A DNA stretch of 44,725 nucleotides. Source: Rhizaria sp. SCN 62-66. Its lineage: Eukaryota. Positions 34,462-44,725 of this stretch are shown piece after piece. Location: contig MEDY01000407.1 of assembly GCA_001724265.1 (NCBI GenBank), positions 1 through 44,725 on the forward strand, read 5' to 3'. A program made the translations under genes and the position numbers. Numbering within the stretch: the first letter of the stretch is position 1; each line of letters begins with the position of its first letter. Below the pieces are notes generated by a model. It was not told where the DNA came from. It did not search any database and worked only from the letters and a program-made list of their open reading frames with translations.

Positions 34462-35182
34462 GCTCGCGAACGAAGCGGGCCGAAGTCGTACCTTCGGGCG
34501 AGACAACTGCGAAATGCAAAACGCAGTTGTAGCAAGTGGAGGCAGATGGGATATGCGATAGGAGATATAGAGTGAGCGCACAGATCTACACGGCGGTCGA
34601 GGACACCGCCGTAGCTGTGAGCAATAGGCTCGCTATTGCATGAAATTGAACTTGAACATGGATGAAAGCAGAGCACGACGTTGAGGAGTTTGTTCTTAGT
34701 GATGCGGGATGATAAATATATATGAATTTAAAATACAAATGAAACTTTTCTAGATTGAGCACATGTTTATTTTTCATAAAGTGTTACTTTCAAGTCAGGA
34801 ATTCATTGCAAAAAAGCTCGGTTTTGAATCGGCGGCTGGAAAATAATTTAATTTCCGAGAACCACTCTGGGGTCGAAAAAATGACCGACCGCAAGCAAGC
34901 AAGCGAGGGCAATGGCAAAGGCAAAGGGTGAGAGCGAGTTTGCAAAGAGAAGATCTCGACGTACACTCCGGCAGCGACATTTGTTTTGCCTGTGTAGGTT
35001 TCATCGTAACAGAACAGCGTCGGGTATATCTGTGGTATCCCGTTGTCTTTTGTTTCGCCTCCGTCATAGCCATCCGCGAATTTAGCTCGGCTTGCTGACA
35101 GACACTTCTTCGTCTCGTCACACCAGAGTCTTTGCAGAGCACCGTCCGTGCTTTTTCTTCTCTGTTTTCTCCCGCAACAATA

Positions 35183-36743
35183 ATGTCTCCTCGTTGTTTT
35201 GCTTCGCTCCTGTGCGCCGTGCTGCTGGCGCTCGCCTGCGCGGTGCTGGCGCACCCGGCTGTCTCGGTCCCCACCAACCTTGTTATTTCCGACGCCCAGC
35301 GTAAGATCAACATTGCCTCCAACATCGAGCACCAGGTACGTTCTTGTTGCTCTAGCTGCTTTCTCGACCACTTTTTATATTCCTCTTGCGCTTGCTTACT
35401 CACTCCGCGCGCTCTCTATTCTCACTACCAACGCTATGCTTTACTTTATTCTCGTTCAGGTGACTGAGTACAAGGTCGAGAACAAGGGCTCTGAGGCCGC
35501 CGAGTACTTCCTCATTGCCGTGCCCGCCGACAAGGCGCCGCATCTGGCCATCGTACAGGCCACGGCCGCCAAGACGGACCGCCCTCTTCAGGCCACTCAG
35601 GTCTCGGTGCCCGGCGCCCCCGCCGACGCCGCCGTCTTCCAGGTCTCCTTCCCTGGCTCGCTGAAGCCCGGCGCGTTTACGCGCGTGCGCGTTGTCGTCT
35701 CGTTCACGCACACGCTCGTCCCGTCCCCGGCGGCGATCGCGCAGTCGGAGGCGCAGCTCGTGCTCTTCTCGGACCACACGCACGTGTACGTGCCGCACGT
35801 CGTCGAGTCGCAGGCCACCGAGGTCAAGCTATTCTCCGCGCACGTCGAGTCCTTCGCGCCGCGCAAGCACGCCGCGCGCGCGGGCGACAAGCTCACCTTC
35901 GGGCCCTACGACACGCTGGCCGCGCCCTACTCGCTGGGCGAGCCGCTGTCGGTGCACTCTGAGAACAATGCGCCCTTCGCGACGATGCGCACGCTGGACA
36001 AGGAGATCGAGGTCTCGCACTGGGGCAACGTGGCCGTCACGGAGCACTACCTGCTGCAGCACACAGGCGCTGCACTCAAAGGCGAGTTCCTGCGCTCGAG
36101 CTACCAGTCGTACCAACCCGCCGAGCGCGGGCGCGCGTCCTTCGCGTCACTGCCCGTTGTGTTGCCCGCCGACGCGCGCGAGCTCTACTTCCGCGACGTC
36201 ATCGGCAACATCTCCTCCTCGCGCGCGCGCTTCGAGAAGGACCGCGTGTTCGTGGAGCTGACGCCACGCTACCCGCTCTTCGGCGGCTGGAAGGCCGACC
36301 TCGAGTTCGGCTACTCGCTGCCCGCGCAGGCCGTGCTCTCGCGCAGCGCGGCCGACGCCGAGGAGCTCGTGCTCGACATGCCCTTCGGCACGCCGTTCCC
36401 GACCGTGAGCGCGGACGTGGTGACGGTGCGCGTGGTGCTGCCCGAGGGCGCGCGCGACGTGCGCTGGGAGACGCCCTTCGACGTCGACTCCGAGGACGCC
36501 GAGACGCGTCTCACGTACCTGGACACGTCGGGCCGCCCCGTGCTCGTGCTGCGCAAGCGCAACATCGTCGCGGGTCACATGCAGCACTTCCGCGTCGTGT
36601 ACAAGTTCCCCTCCGTGCACCTGTGGCGCGAGCCTGGGCTGCTGGTGGCGGCCTTCCTGGCCGTGATGCTGCTCACCATGCTCTACGTGCGCGTCGACCT
36701 CTCCTTCGGCACCAAGAAGGAGCAGAAGCTCAAGCTCGAGTAA
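35183..36743 (+). CDS. RPN1: Oligosaccharyltransferase subunit ribophorin I (Ost1), ~478 aa; exons 35183-35335, 35460-36743
   Basis: Signal peptide. P.P..I.Q.E.QLV, TFGPY, H.ENN.PF, IEVSHWGNVAV.E.Y, GA.LKG.F.R..YQ, Y.RD.IGNISSS, PRYPLFGGWK, LPEGA, TYLDT.GRP. C-terminal TM helix and KxKxx (KLKLE) end. Ends in TAA. Confidence 0.96.
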
Positions 36744-37072
36744 GCGGCGAGCCAGCATGCTCGCCGGCCAGTGAAGAGTCCAGCTTAAGCTCGCTAGCAC
36801 GATTCAGAGTCACATGAAGTGAGTGAGACGACAGCAAAGCAAGACAGTCGCCGTGGGCATCTCTTGACATAGGCTCAGACTGGCTTTTGTTGTTTGTGGA
36901 AAGTATGTAATATTTGAGTAGTGATATTAGATTGATGATAATGTAATAGTATTCAGAATGATAATACAATGTTTGTTTATAAGCTTATCATACTACGCTG
37001 TTTCAGCGTGCAACGGAGGTGTCATTAGTTACGTTTGTATTATTCATCCATTATTCACCAACAGTCACAACC

Positions 37073-37093
37073 TTTTTTTTTTTTTTTTTTTTT
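37073..37093 (+). repeat. T21 homopolymer (A21 on minus strand) between convergent RPN1 and oxoprolinase genes
   Basis: Read directly from the sequence. Confidence 0.9.
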
Positions 37094-37199
37094 AAAATGC
37101 ATATCACACACAACAATAAGACATATCACCAGATACTTGTCACGTTTACCGACTATGCTTTAAAAACGCACAGCCGCACTTGAGTCACTCTCAAGCCGC

Positions 37200-40100
37200 T
37201 CACGCGCTCTCCTGCATCTGCGTGTACTGCGCCAGACTGCCTACAGTCATCTGCTGCTTGGCCCCGCTGGCCTCGCCGGCCTCTGCGGCGGCGCGCGAGC
37301 CGGGCTTGCCCCAGCCGCCACCGCCGGGCGTGAGCACGCGCAGCGCGTCGCCAGCCTCGGAGATGTAGGTGTTCTTGCCGCCCAGCGTGATCACTACTGC
37401 GCTCTCACCGTCCGCCTCACTGGAGCTGGCAATCTCGCCCGCCGCAGCGCCGGCCGTCGTCTTGGCCGGCGGCGCGCGGCCGAGCCCGCGGACGCCGACG
37501 CCGCGCAGCACGTGGTTGAGCCCGGGCTTCGCGTCGCCGCCGCCGTTGGCGCCCCAGGGCCGCAGCGCGCGGCGCTCCGAGAGGATGTTGACCGAGAGCG
37601 GGCGCAGGAAGAGCAGGTCACGCACAATGCCGTCGCCGCCGGGGAAGGCGCCCGTGCCGCCGGAGCCCGCGCGGAGGCCGAAACGGCGCACGACGACGGG
37701 GTAGCGGCGCTCGACGATCTCGACGTCGGTGATGCGCGTGTTGGTCATGTGCGTGTGCACGCCCGAGGTGCCCGCCCAGCCGGGGCCCGCGCCCGCGCCG
37801 CCCGCGATCGTCTCGTAGTAGCCGAAAGAGTCGTCGCCGAAGGTGAGATTGTTCATGCAGCCCTGGGAGGCGGCGCACGCGTTGAAGGCCTTGAATACGA
37901 CGTCCGTGACGCGCTGCGACGTCAGCACGTTGCCGCCGACCACAGCGGCGTCCGCCGAGGGGTTCAGCAGCGTGCCGGGGGGGATCACCACGCGGACGGG
38001 GTTCAGGCAGCCTTGGTTGAGCGGGATCCCGCGCTTGACCAGGCAGCGCAAGCAGTAGATCACGGCTGACAGCGCGACGGCGCGCGGCGCGTTGGTGTTG
38101 CCGTAGACCTGCGGGCCCGTGCCCGTAAAGTCGAACGTGGCCTCGCCGCGGACGGGGTCCACTGTCAGTGCCAGCGCGATGGGCGTCCCGTCGTCCATGT
38201 AGTCCACCACGGGCGGGAAGCGCACCAGCCCGTCCTCGGCGCTCACAGTCGCCTTGCTAGCGCTGCTATTGGCGGCGTCAGCGTCGGTGTTAGCGTTTGC
38301 AGTGTTTGTGGTGGCGAACTCGCGAAGCATTTCGCGGACGGCCTCCTCTGCGGCGGCCTGGATGTGGTGCATGTACGCCTGCACGACTGGCAGCGTGTAC
38401 AGCGCCACGAGCCCGCGCATGAGCTGCACGCCTTTGTGATTCGCGGCGACCTGTGCGCGGAGGTCGGACAGGTTGTCGGCGAGGTTGCGCGTGCCGGAAC
38501 ACAGGGGCTCGTCCGCGGTGCGGCGCGCGTAACCCGCGGGGGCCTCGAGCGCCTCTTTGACTGCGTCGGCGCGGAAGGGCCCGCCCGCGTCGACGAGCTT
38601 GAGCGACATCACGGCCGCGCCCTCCTGGTAGAGGAACTTGGAGAAGGGCGGCATGGAGCCCGGCGTGATGCCACCGATGTCCGCGTGGTGGCCGCGCGAG
38701 GCGACGAAGAAGGACGGCGCGCGGTCGCCGCGGCGCGCAAAGACGGGCGTGATGACGGTGATGTCGGGCAGATGCGAGCCGCCGGCCTGAGGGTGGTTCG
38801 ACATGAGCACGTCGCCGTCGCGCCAGGCGCCCGCCAGCAGCCGGATCTGCGAGCGCACGGCCTCCTGCATGGCGCCCAGGTGCACGGGCAGGTGCGGCGC
38901 GTTGGCGACGAGCCCGCCGTCGGGCCCGAAGAGCGCGCACGAGAAGTCAAGCCGCTCCTTGATGTTGGTTGACACGGCCGTGCGCTGCAGCGCGCGCCCC
39001 ATCTGCTCCGCGACGGACATGAAGCGGTGAGCGAACACGGAGAGACGGATCGGGTCGCAGGGGTAGCGCGTCTGCGCCTGCGCTGCGCTGCTGATCGTCT
39101 CGTCTTCGGTTGTCGAACTACCGCTGCTGCTAGCGCTCGCGGAGCTCGCGGTGTTGGCCCCCGCCTTGCTACTATGGGAGGCGACGGTCTTGATGACGAG
39201 CCCGTCCCTGCCGATGCGCGCGCGCCAGCCCAGGTCGACGACGACCGTGGCCGTCTCGTCCACGATGATCGCGGGCCCCACAACCTGCGCGCCGTACGCG
39301 CAGTCGGCGAAGCGGAACACGGGGGTCGCGTGCCAGCGGCCCTGCACGCCCGCAGCGGGCAGCGCGATCGCGTTGGCCGGCGTGGTCGCTGAGTTGACGT
39401 CGGAGACGTCGGTCACGCCCAGCGTGACGCGGCCGGTGATGGCGTTCTCGCTCGCAGCGCCGTCGCCCTGACTGCCGCTTTGGCCGTGACTGGAGGCGGA
39501 GACGGGGAAGTAGCAGGCCACAGTGTCGATGGGGGCCGGCAGCGCAGGGGCCACGGCGGGGAAGCCGCTGCCGCTGCGCTTCGCGCGAACAGCCGGCTTC
39601 GACGCAGACTCACTGCCATCGTCATCGTCGTCGTCATCGCTGTCGGCTTCGTCGTCGCTGTCCTCGATGGCGGCCACAACGGCCTCGTGCACGCCCACCG
39701 CGCGCACGCGCAGCGAGTCCAGCAGCACGGGCCGCTGCAGCGTGAAGCCGAACTCGCGCTTGTATTGCCGCAAGAACGCCGTCTCCAGCAGCCGCGCCGC
39801 CGCCACCACGGGCCCCGTCTCGCTGGCGTCCGCGTCGCCGTCGACATCGGCCGCAGCAGCACTGGTGGCGGCCGCGTTGTCGTCGTGAGCAATGGCAGCG
39901 ACGTTGACGCCGGCGGCGGCGGCGTGGGCGAGCACGGCGCGGCGCGCGGCGTCGGTGACGCGGACCATGATGCACGTGTCGGTGCCCTCGTAGCGCAGAC
40001 CGGCATAGTGCTCCACGCGGATCTCGCCCTGGCCCTGGGTCTCGCTCTCGCCAGTCTGGCTCTGGCTCTGGCTCTGGCTCTGGCTCGGACTCTGACTGTG

Positions 40101-42594
40101 GGTCTGGCTGCCGTCGCTGAAGCCCCGCGAGCGGAGCGCGTTCGTCAGATCGGCCGCCACGGCGCCCGCCTTGGCCGTGAGGTCTGCCAGCGCGGCGCGC
40201 GAGCGGAGGACCTTGTTGGCGGGGACCTGGCGCTCCTCGACCACGTCCGCGAGCCCGATGCCGTAAGCCGACAGCACGCCCGAGAAGCGGTGCACGTGGA
40301 CCGTGGCGATGCCCAGCGCGGAGGCCACGGCGCAGGCGTGCTGGCCGCCCGCGGCGCCGAAGCAGGCGAGCGTGTGCGACGCCAGGTCGTAGCCGCGGGC
40401 CTCGGTCAGCGCGCGGATCGGCCGGCACATGGCCTCGTTTGCCACGGCCAGGAACCCGAGCGCCACGTCCGCCGGCGTCAGCACGGCCGCTGCGGGAGAG
40501 TGAGTAGACAGCAGAGAGTTTAGCAAGACATAAAAAATAACGTCAAATGTTTAAATTTCAAATAATATTTGCAAATTAACGCCAATTATAAAAGTTATAC
40601 ACAAGGAATCGTTAAAAAAACAAGAAATGCAGATCATTTTAGTGTTTTCTCTTGTTATCATGCGTGTTCGAGCGACGTACGCGTGTGTCCCGCCTTGGCC
40701 TTGCTCTGGAGGTACGCGTTGATGTTGGTCGTCATCGCGTCGAACTTGCGCCGCGTGGCCTCGGCATCCAGCGGCAGGTCCTGCTTGGGCCCGAAGACCT
40801 TGGGGAAGTGCTGCGGGTTGATCCGGCCGACGAGCAAGTTGGCGTCAGTGACGGCGAGGGGTCCGTCGCGTCGGTAGCACGCGGGGCCGGGGCTCGCGCT
40901 CGCCGACTCGGGCCCCACGTTGAACATGCCCGCCGCGAAGGTCAGGATCGAGCCGCCGCCCGCGGCGACGGTGTTGATGTCCAGCTGCGGCGCCTGGATC
41001 GTCACGCCCGCGGTCGTGTTCTCGAAGATGTGGTCCAGGCGGCCCGCGAAGCGCGACACGTCGGTCGACGTCCCACCCATGTCGAAGCCGATCACGGGCC
41101 GCCGCGTCGAGGACACAACGGCGGCGTGCTGCGCGGCCCCAGTAGCAGCCACAGAGGCAGAGGCGGTGCGGGCGCGCTTTGAGGCGGGCTTCGCAGCAGC
41201 AGCTTCAGCCTTCTTTGAGTTGGACTTGGTAGCCTTGGAAGCCTTGCCCTTTGCGGGCGACTTGGCAGCACTCTCACTGTCATCAAGCGAAACATCGGCA
41301 TTGCCATCGTCATCGTTGTCGCTGTCGTCGTTGTCATCGTCGACGGGCTTGCCGAGGAACGACGTCTTGGAGAACCCGACGACGCCGCCGGCGGGCCCCG
41401 AGAGCACGGCGCGCACGCCCGAGAAGGAGCGCACGTCAGTGAGCCCGCCGTCGGACTGCATGAACAACAGCGCGCCGGCCTCAGCGAAGGCGGCGTCAAA
41501 GCCCGCCATAAACTGCGCGAGGTACGCCTTGACGCAGGGCGTCAGGTACGCGTCGGCGGCGGCCGTGAAGGCGCGCGGGACAAGCTTGACCAGCGGCATG
41601 ACGTCGGAGGACAGCGTCACGTGCGTAAATCCCATCTCGCGGCACAGCGCGCCGACCTCCTGCTCGTGCGCCGCGAAGGTGTACGAGTGCGCGAGCGCGA
41701 CGGCGGCCGAGGTGACGCCGCGTGCTCGGTACGGCGCGAGCGCCGCGCGGAGCGCGGCCGAGTCGACCGGCGCGACGACGACCACGCGTTCCCCCGTGGA
41801 ACCCGTGACTGCGCGCGCGGGCGAGCCCAGGAAGGTCACCGCGGCGGAATCCGCGGCGCCGGACGCGGGCACGGCGAGCCCCTCGTGGTCGATGAGCACG
41901 CGCTCATACACGGGCACAGTGGCCTCGACGATCGGCGCCGGACGCTGCACGCGGATGTCGAAGATGCTCGGCCGCGCCTGGTTGCCAATCGTCAGCAGGT
42001 CCTCGTGGCCGGCCGTCGTGAGCAGCACGCAGGGCTCGCCGTGGCGCTCCAGCAGCGCGTTGGTGGCGACCGTGGTGCCCATGCGCACGCTCTCGATGCG
42101 CGCGGAGTCGATGGGCGCGTCGATGGGGTAGGCGGCGCCCGTGAACTCCTCCAGCAGGCGGCGGATCGCCTCGCGGGGCGCGTCCGGATAGCTGCCCGGG
42201 TTCACGCTCAGCAGCTTCATGATCTTGTACGATGTCGGGCCTGGGCAGCAGCAGCAGCAGCAGCAACAGCAGCAAGGATGCAGTTAAGGGAAGAGGTGAG
42301 GATTTGTGGATGGGATATATGACTGAAGATGATTTTACAAAGAAAATAGGATATGGATAAAGTTTCATGCATAGTGATTGCTAGTATTGTTGACTGGCAA
42401 GTATATAACGCATTAGGAAGACACTCAAGTACATGATATTCGAGACTGTGCTGAGAGTTTGACGAAGACGTACCCTTTTGAGCGACGAGGTCGGGATGGG
42501 TGGGAAACTCGGCGACGACGTCGGTGAAAGTGCCACCACGGTCGATTGAAAAGCGGAGTTTACCTCCCGGAGCAATCAAATGCACAGACGCCAT
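37200..42594 (-). CDS. OPLAH: 5-oxoprolinase (ATP-hydrolysing, fused hydantoinase A/B), ~1,656 aa; exons 42594-42474, 42240-40681, 40489-37200
   Basis: [142 protein letters not shown]. Introns 42241-42473 and 40490-40680. Ends in TGA. Confidence 0.97.
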
Positions 42595-42762
42595 GATTTA
42601 TAACGCCGGAGCACTGCAGGAAGCATAGGGGGTGAGGTCAGAGGAGGGGAGGCAAGTCAGCAGTTGTCGGAGGGTTTATGCATCATGAGGACAAAGAGGA
42701 AGCATGAAACTATAATACAGTTGAAAATAAGCGTCCTTTTTAATTTACATTTTCGAAGGACT

Positions 42763-42795
42763 GCGCAGATGACGTTCACTAGAGCGCAGATGACG
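42763..42795. promoter_or_regulatory. Direct repeat GCGCAGATGACG x2 (21-bp period), ~170-200 bp upstream of the oxoprolinase ATG; candidate cis-element
   Basis: Exact 12-mer at 42763-42774 and 42784-42795, containing a TGACG half-site. Function is inferred only from position. Confidence 0.3.
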
Positions 42796-43492
42796 GCGTG
42801 ATGATCGAAGATTCGGTCTTTGCCATCCGTGTTCAGTCGGTAGCTCAGTCGGTCGCAGAACCATCAGTGGCCGTATACGGTGGGTGTAGTAACGGTCGGT
42901 CGACTGCGGTAAAGTCCGATTTCATGGTCACCAGTCACATCATCACGTAAATGGAGCAATTTATAAAGTTATGTTAGCACGTAATGCAACGTATATTTAA
43001 TTACTCGCTATTTTAAGAGTTATCATCTCTCTCAATATTCAAGTTGAGTGTTTACAAGAGATAAGCCTTCCAAAAGTTAAGCTACCTGAAATGCACTTCA
43101 AGTCCAACGCAATTAAAGTCCATGGTGTAGCACGGCTTGTACACAGCTGGCAGTGGTCCAATACCTGTGCTGAGCAAACGATGCGTGTTAAAAATTTCTA
43201 AAGACGCTCGGCTTTTGGCATATCAATGTGATTGCAGTGAGCCAGAGGACGGGAGAGCTCCCATTGACTGAAAATGTCTCAAATTGTGGTTGTCACAGAC
43301 ACAGGAGCCACACTTTTACAGATTCGTACAAATCACCATTAAAGTAGGAATAATAGTAAACATATCAATCTTTTTGGAACTATTATGTCAGCAATCGCAC
43401 ATTCTTCGGAGGCGGAGATAAAGGGGCCGGGCAGCTCTAAGCGCCGTCGATCTACAGTCGAGAGACCGTTCGCATGCATATCTCTGGCGGAA

Positions 43493-44173
43493 TCAAACGT
43501 CGTTGAGCTCACTCTTACTTGCAGCAGCCCCGGGCTGCTGCCGCTGGTCGGGCGTTGCAGGCGCAGGCGCAGCAGCAGCAGGGTTAGCAGCTGAAGTAGC
43601 AGCAGCCGGAGTGGCAGTGTCAGCAGCGGCAGTGTCAGCAGGGCCAGCGGCCTCGTTGAAGAGGACGCGCTGGAGCTGCACCTGCGGCCGCTCGACGGCA
43701 ACCACCTTCCAGAGCGCGAGCGCCCACGCGTCGCGCGCGGCGGGCGAGGGCGCCTGCAGGTCGATGCAGACGTAGCCGGACGCGGCGGCGCTCGAGCCCT
43801 TGCCCTGCGCGACCAGCTTCACCTTCGCGGCGACGCCCTCGTCGGCGTAGCGCCGCGAGTCGGCCACGGGCGTCACGGTGAGCTGCCCCGTGTTCGCGTG
43901 TAACGCGGAGAAGTTGCCCCAGTAGATGCCGACAACCTGCGACGTGGCAAACGAAAAGGGCTTCTTGTCCGGCAGCGACTCACCCTTGAGCGCGCCGCCG
44001 CGGCCGCTAGCGTCGCCCTCGAAGGTGATCGCGGCAGGCGCCGTCTTGACCTTGCCGATGCCCGCCGCGGCGGAGGTCAGCGCGTGGGAAGGTTTGGTCA
44101 GCGTGGTGCGCGCAAACTGCGCCCGGCGCTGCAGATGTTGCACGGCATGCGCGATGGGATCGGTGACGCTCAT
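43493..44173 (-). CDS. Small protein with a PH-like domain, ~226 aa
   Basis: ATG at 44173 (MSVTDPIA). Beta-strand pattern (F.TSQVVGIYWG) and terminal IDLQAPSPAARDAWALAL helix resemble PLC/Num1-type PH domains. Ends in TGA. An upstream exon cannot be excluded. Confidence 0.65.
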   Translation of the reverse strand: MSVTDPIAHAVQHLQRRAQFARTTLTKPSHALTSAAAGIGKVKTAPAAITFEGDASGRGGALKGESLPDKKPFSFATSQVVGIYWGNFSALHANTGQLTVTPVADSRRYADEGVAAKVKLVAQGKGSSAAASGYVCIDLQAPSPAARDAWALALWKVVAVERPQVQLQRVLFNEAAGPADTAAADTATPAAATSAANPAAAAPAPATPDQRQQPGAAASKSELNDV

Positions 44174-44725
44174 CACGGGGCAGAGGGAGACGGGGTCGCG
44201 GCTGAGTGTGTGATTGTGGAGGGGGACGTGGGAGGGGAAAATGAGAGATTTTGCCGTGAGACAGAAGACTGAAGCAAAATAACAAATTTAAAAAGATGAA
44301 AAAGTAAATGAAAACTCAAAAACGGTTTCGGAAGAAGAGGTTGATGATGTTTCCATTGAAGGGGGCAGACTTTTAAGCAGAAGTACGAGCTTCCCCTTGT
44401 CAAGCGCTGGCTAACAGAGACACTATGTGTGCCACACACAATCTATCTTGTTGATGCTTTACGTATACAGTACATGTATACCGAAATTTCCACTACTATG
44501 GCGATGGTCTTCCTACTCAAAAAGCTTGAAAATATGCCTGTTTATGGATTTCTAACTGAAGCTATGTTACCGTCGACATTCTGCATAAAATTCCAGTCGA
44601 CAGCTTTTGCCGGTCGCGATTTAAATGTGGCGTTTCTCGTGTATACACACTTCGTTTTCCTGTGAACACAGACTCTCTTTTTCTATGAAAACAATAAGAA
44701 CCAAGTATATAATTCGAATTATATA

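Noticed and set aside
34790-35403. Minus-strand ORFs of 193 and 202 aa
   Set aside because: They overlap RPN1 exon 1 and its promoter in antisense, with no recognisable motifs or host codon bias.
42835-42935. tRNA gene or C/D snoRNA (GTGATGA at ~42798)
   Set aside because: No acceptor or T-stem pairing and no GTTCRA; no CTGA D box within a plausible distance.

Overview
This is eukaryotic nuclear DNA, most likely from a protist; no taxon can be assigned from sequence alone. Very GC-rich exons alternate with AT-rich introns (124-300 nt) and intergenic spacers. I can build 13 protein-coding gene models. In order: REEP/YOP1, AP-3 sigma, a giant ~12.4-kb Ala-rich gene, TRAPPC6/Trs33, an acidic unknown protein, mitochondrial ribosome recycling factor, a secreted Cys/Tyr-motif unknown protein, a lone degenerate helicase-C-domain protein, a SAMHD1-like dNTPase, a guanylate-binding protein with coiled coil and SAP-like end, ribophorin I, 5-oxoprolinase and a PH-like protein. 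I see no supportable rRNA, tRNA, CRISPR array or intact mobile element. Most interesting: (1) none of the 13 genes ends in TAG (5 TAA, 8 TGA), yet one in-frame TAG sits inside otherwise seamless coding sequence of the giant gene, so UAG may be a sense codon (a base error is the alternative). (2) The SAMHD1-like and GBP-like genes, both homologues of vertebrate cell-autonomous immunity factors, are head-to-head 466 bp apart, and the GBP has an unusual C-terminal SAP-like motif. (3) All 11 intron donors fit G[TC]AC[GA][TA], mostly GTACGT, and one is a GC-AG intron. (4) The giant gene also has a frameshift and a stop-free in-frame intron. Gene identities come from motif recognition by eye; no database searches were run.
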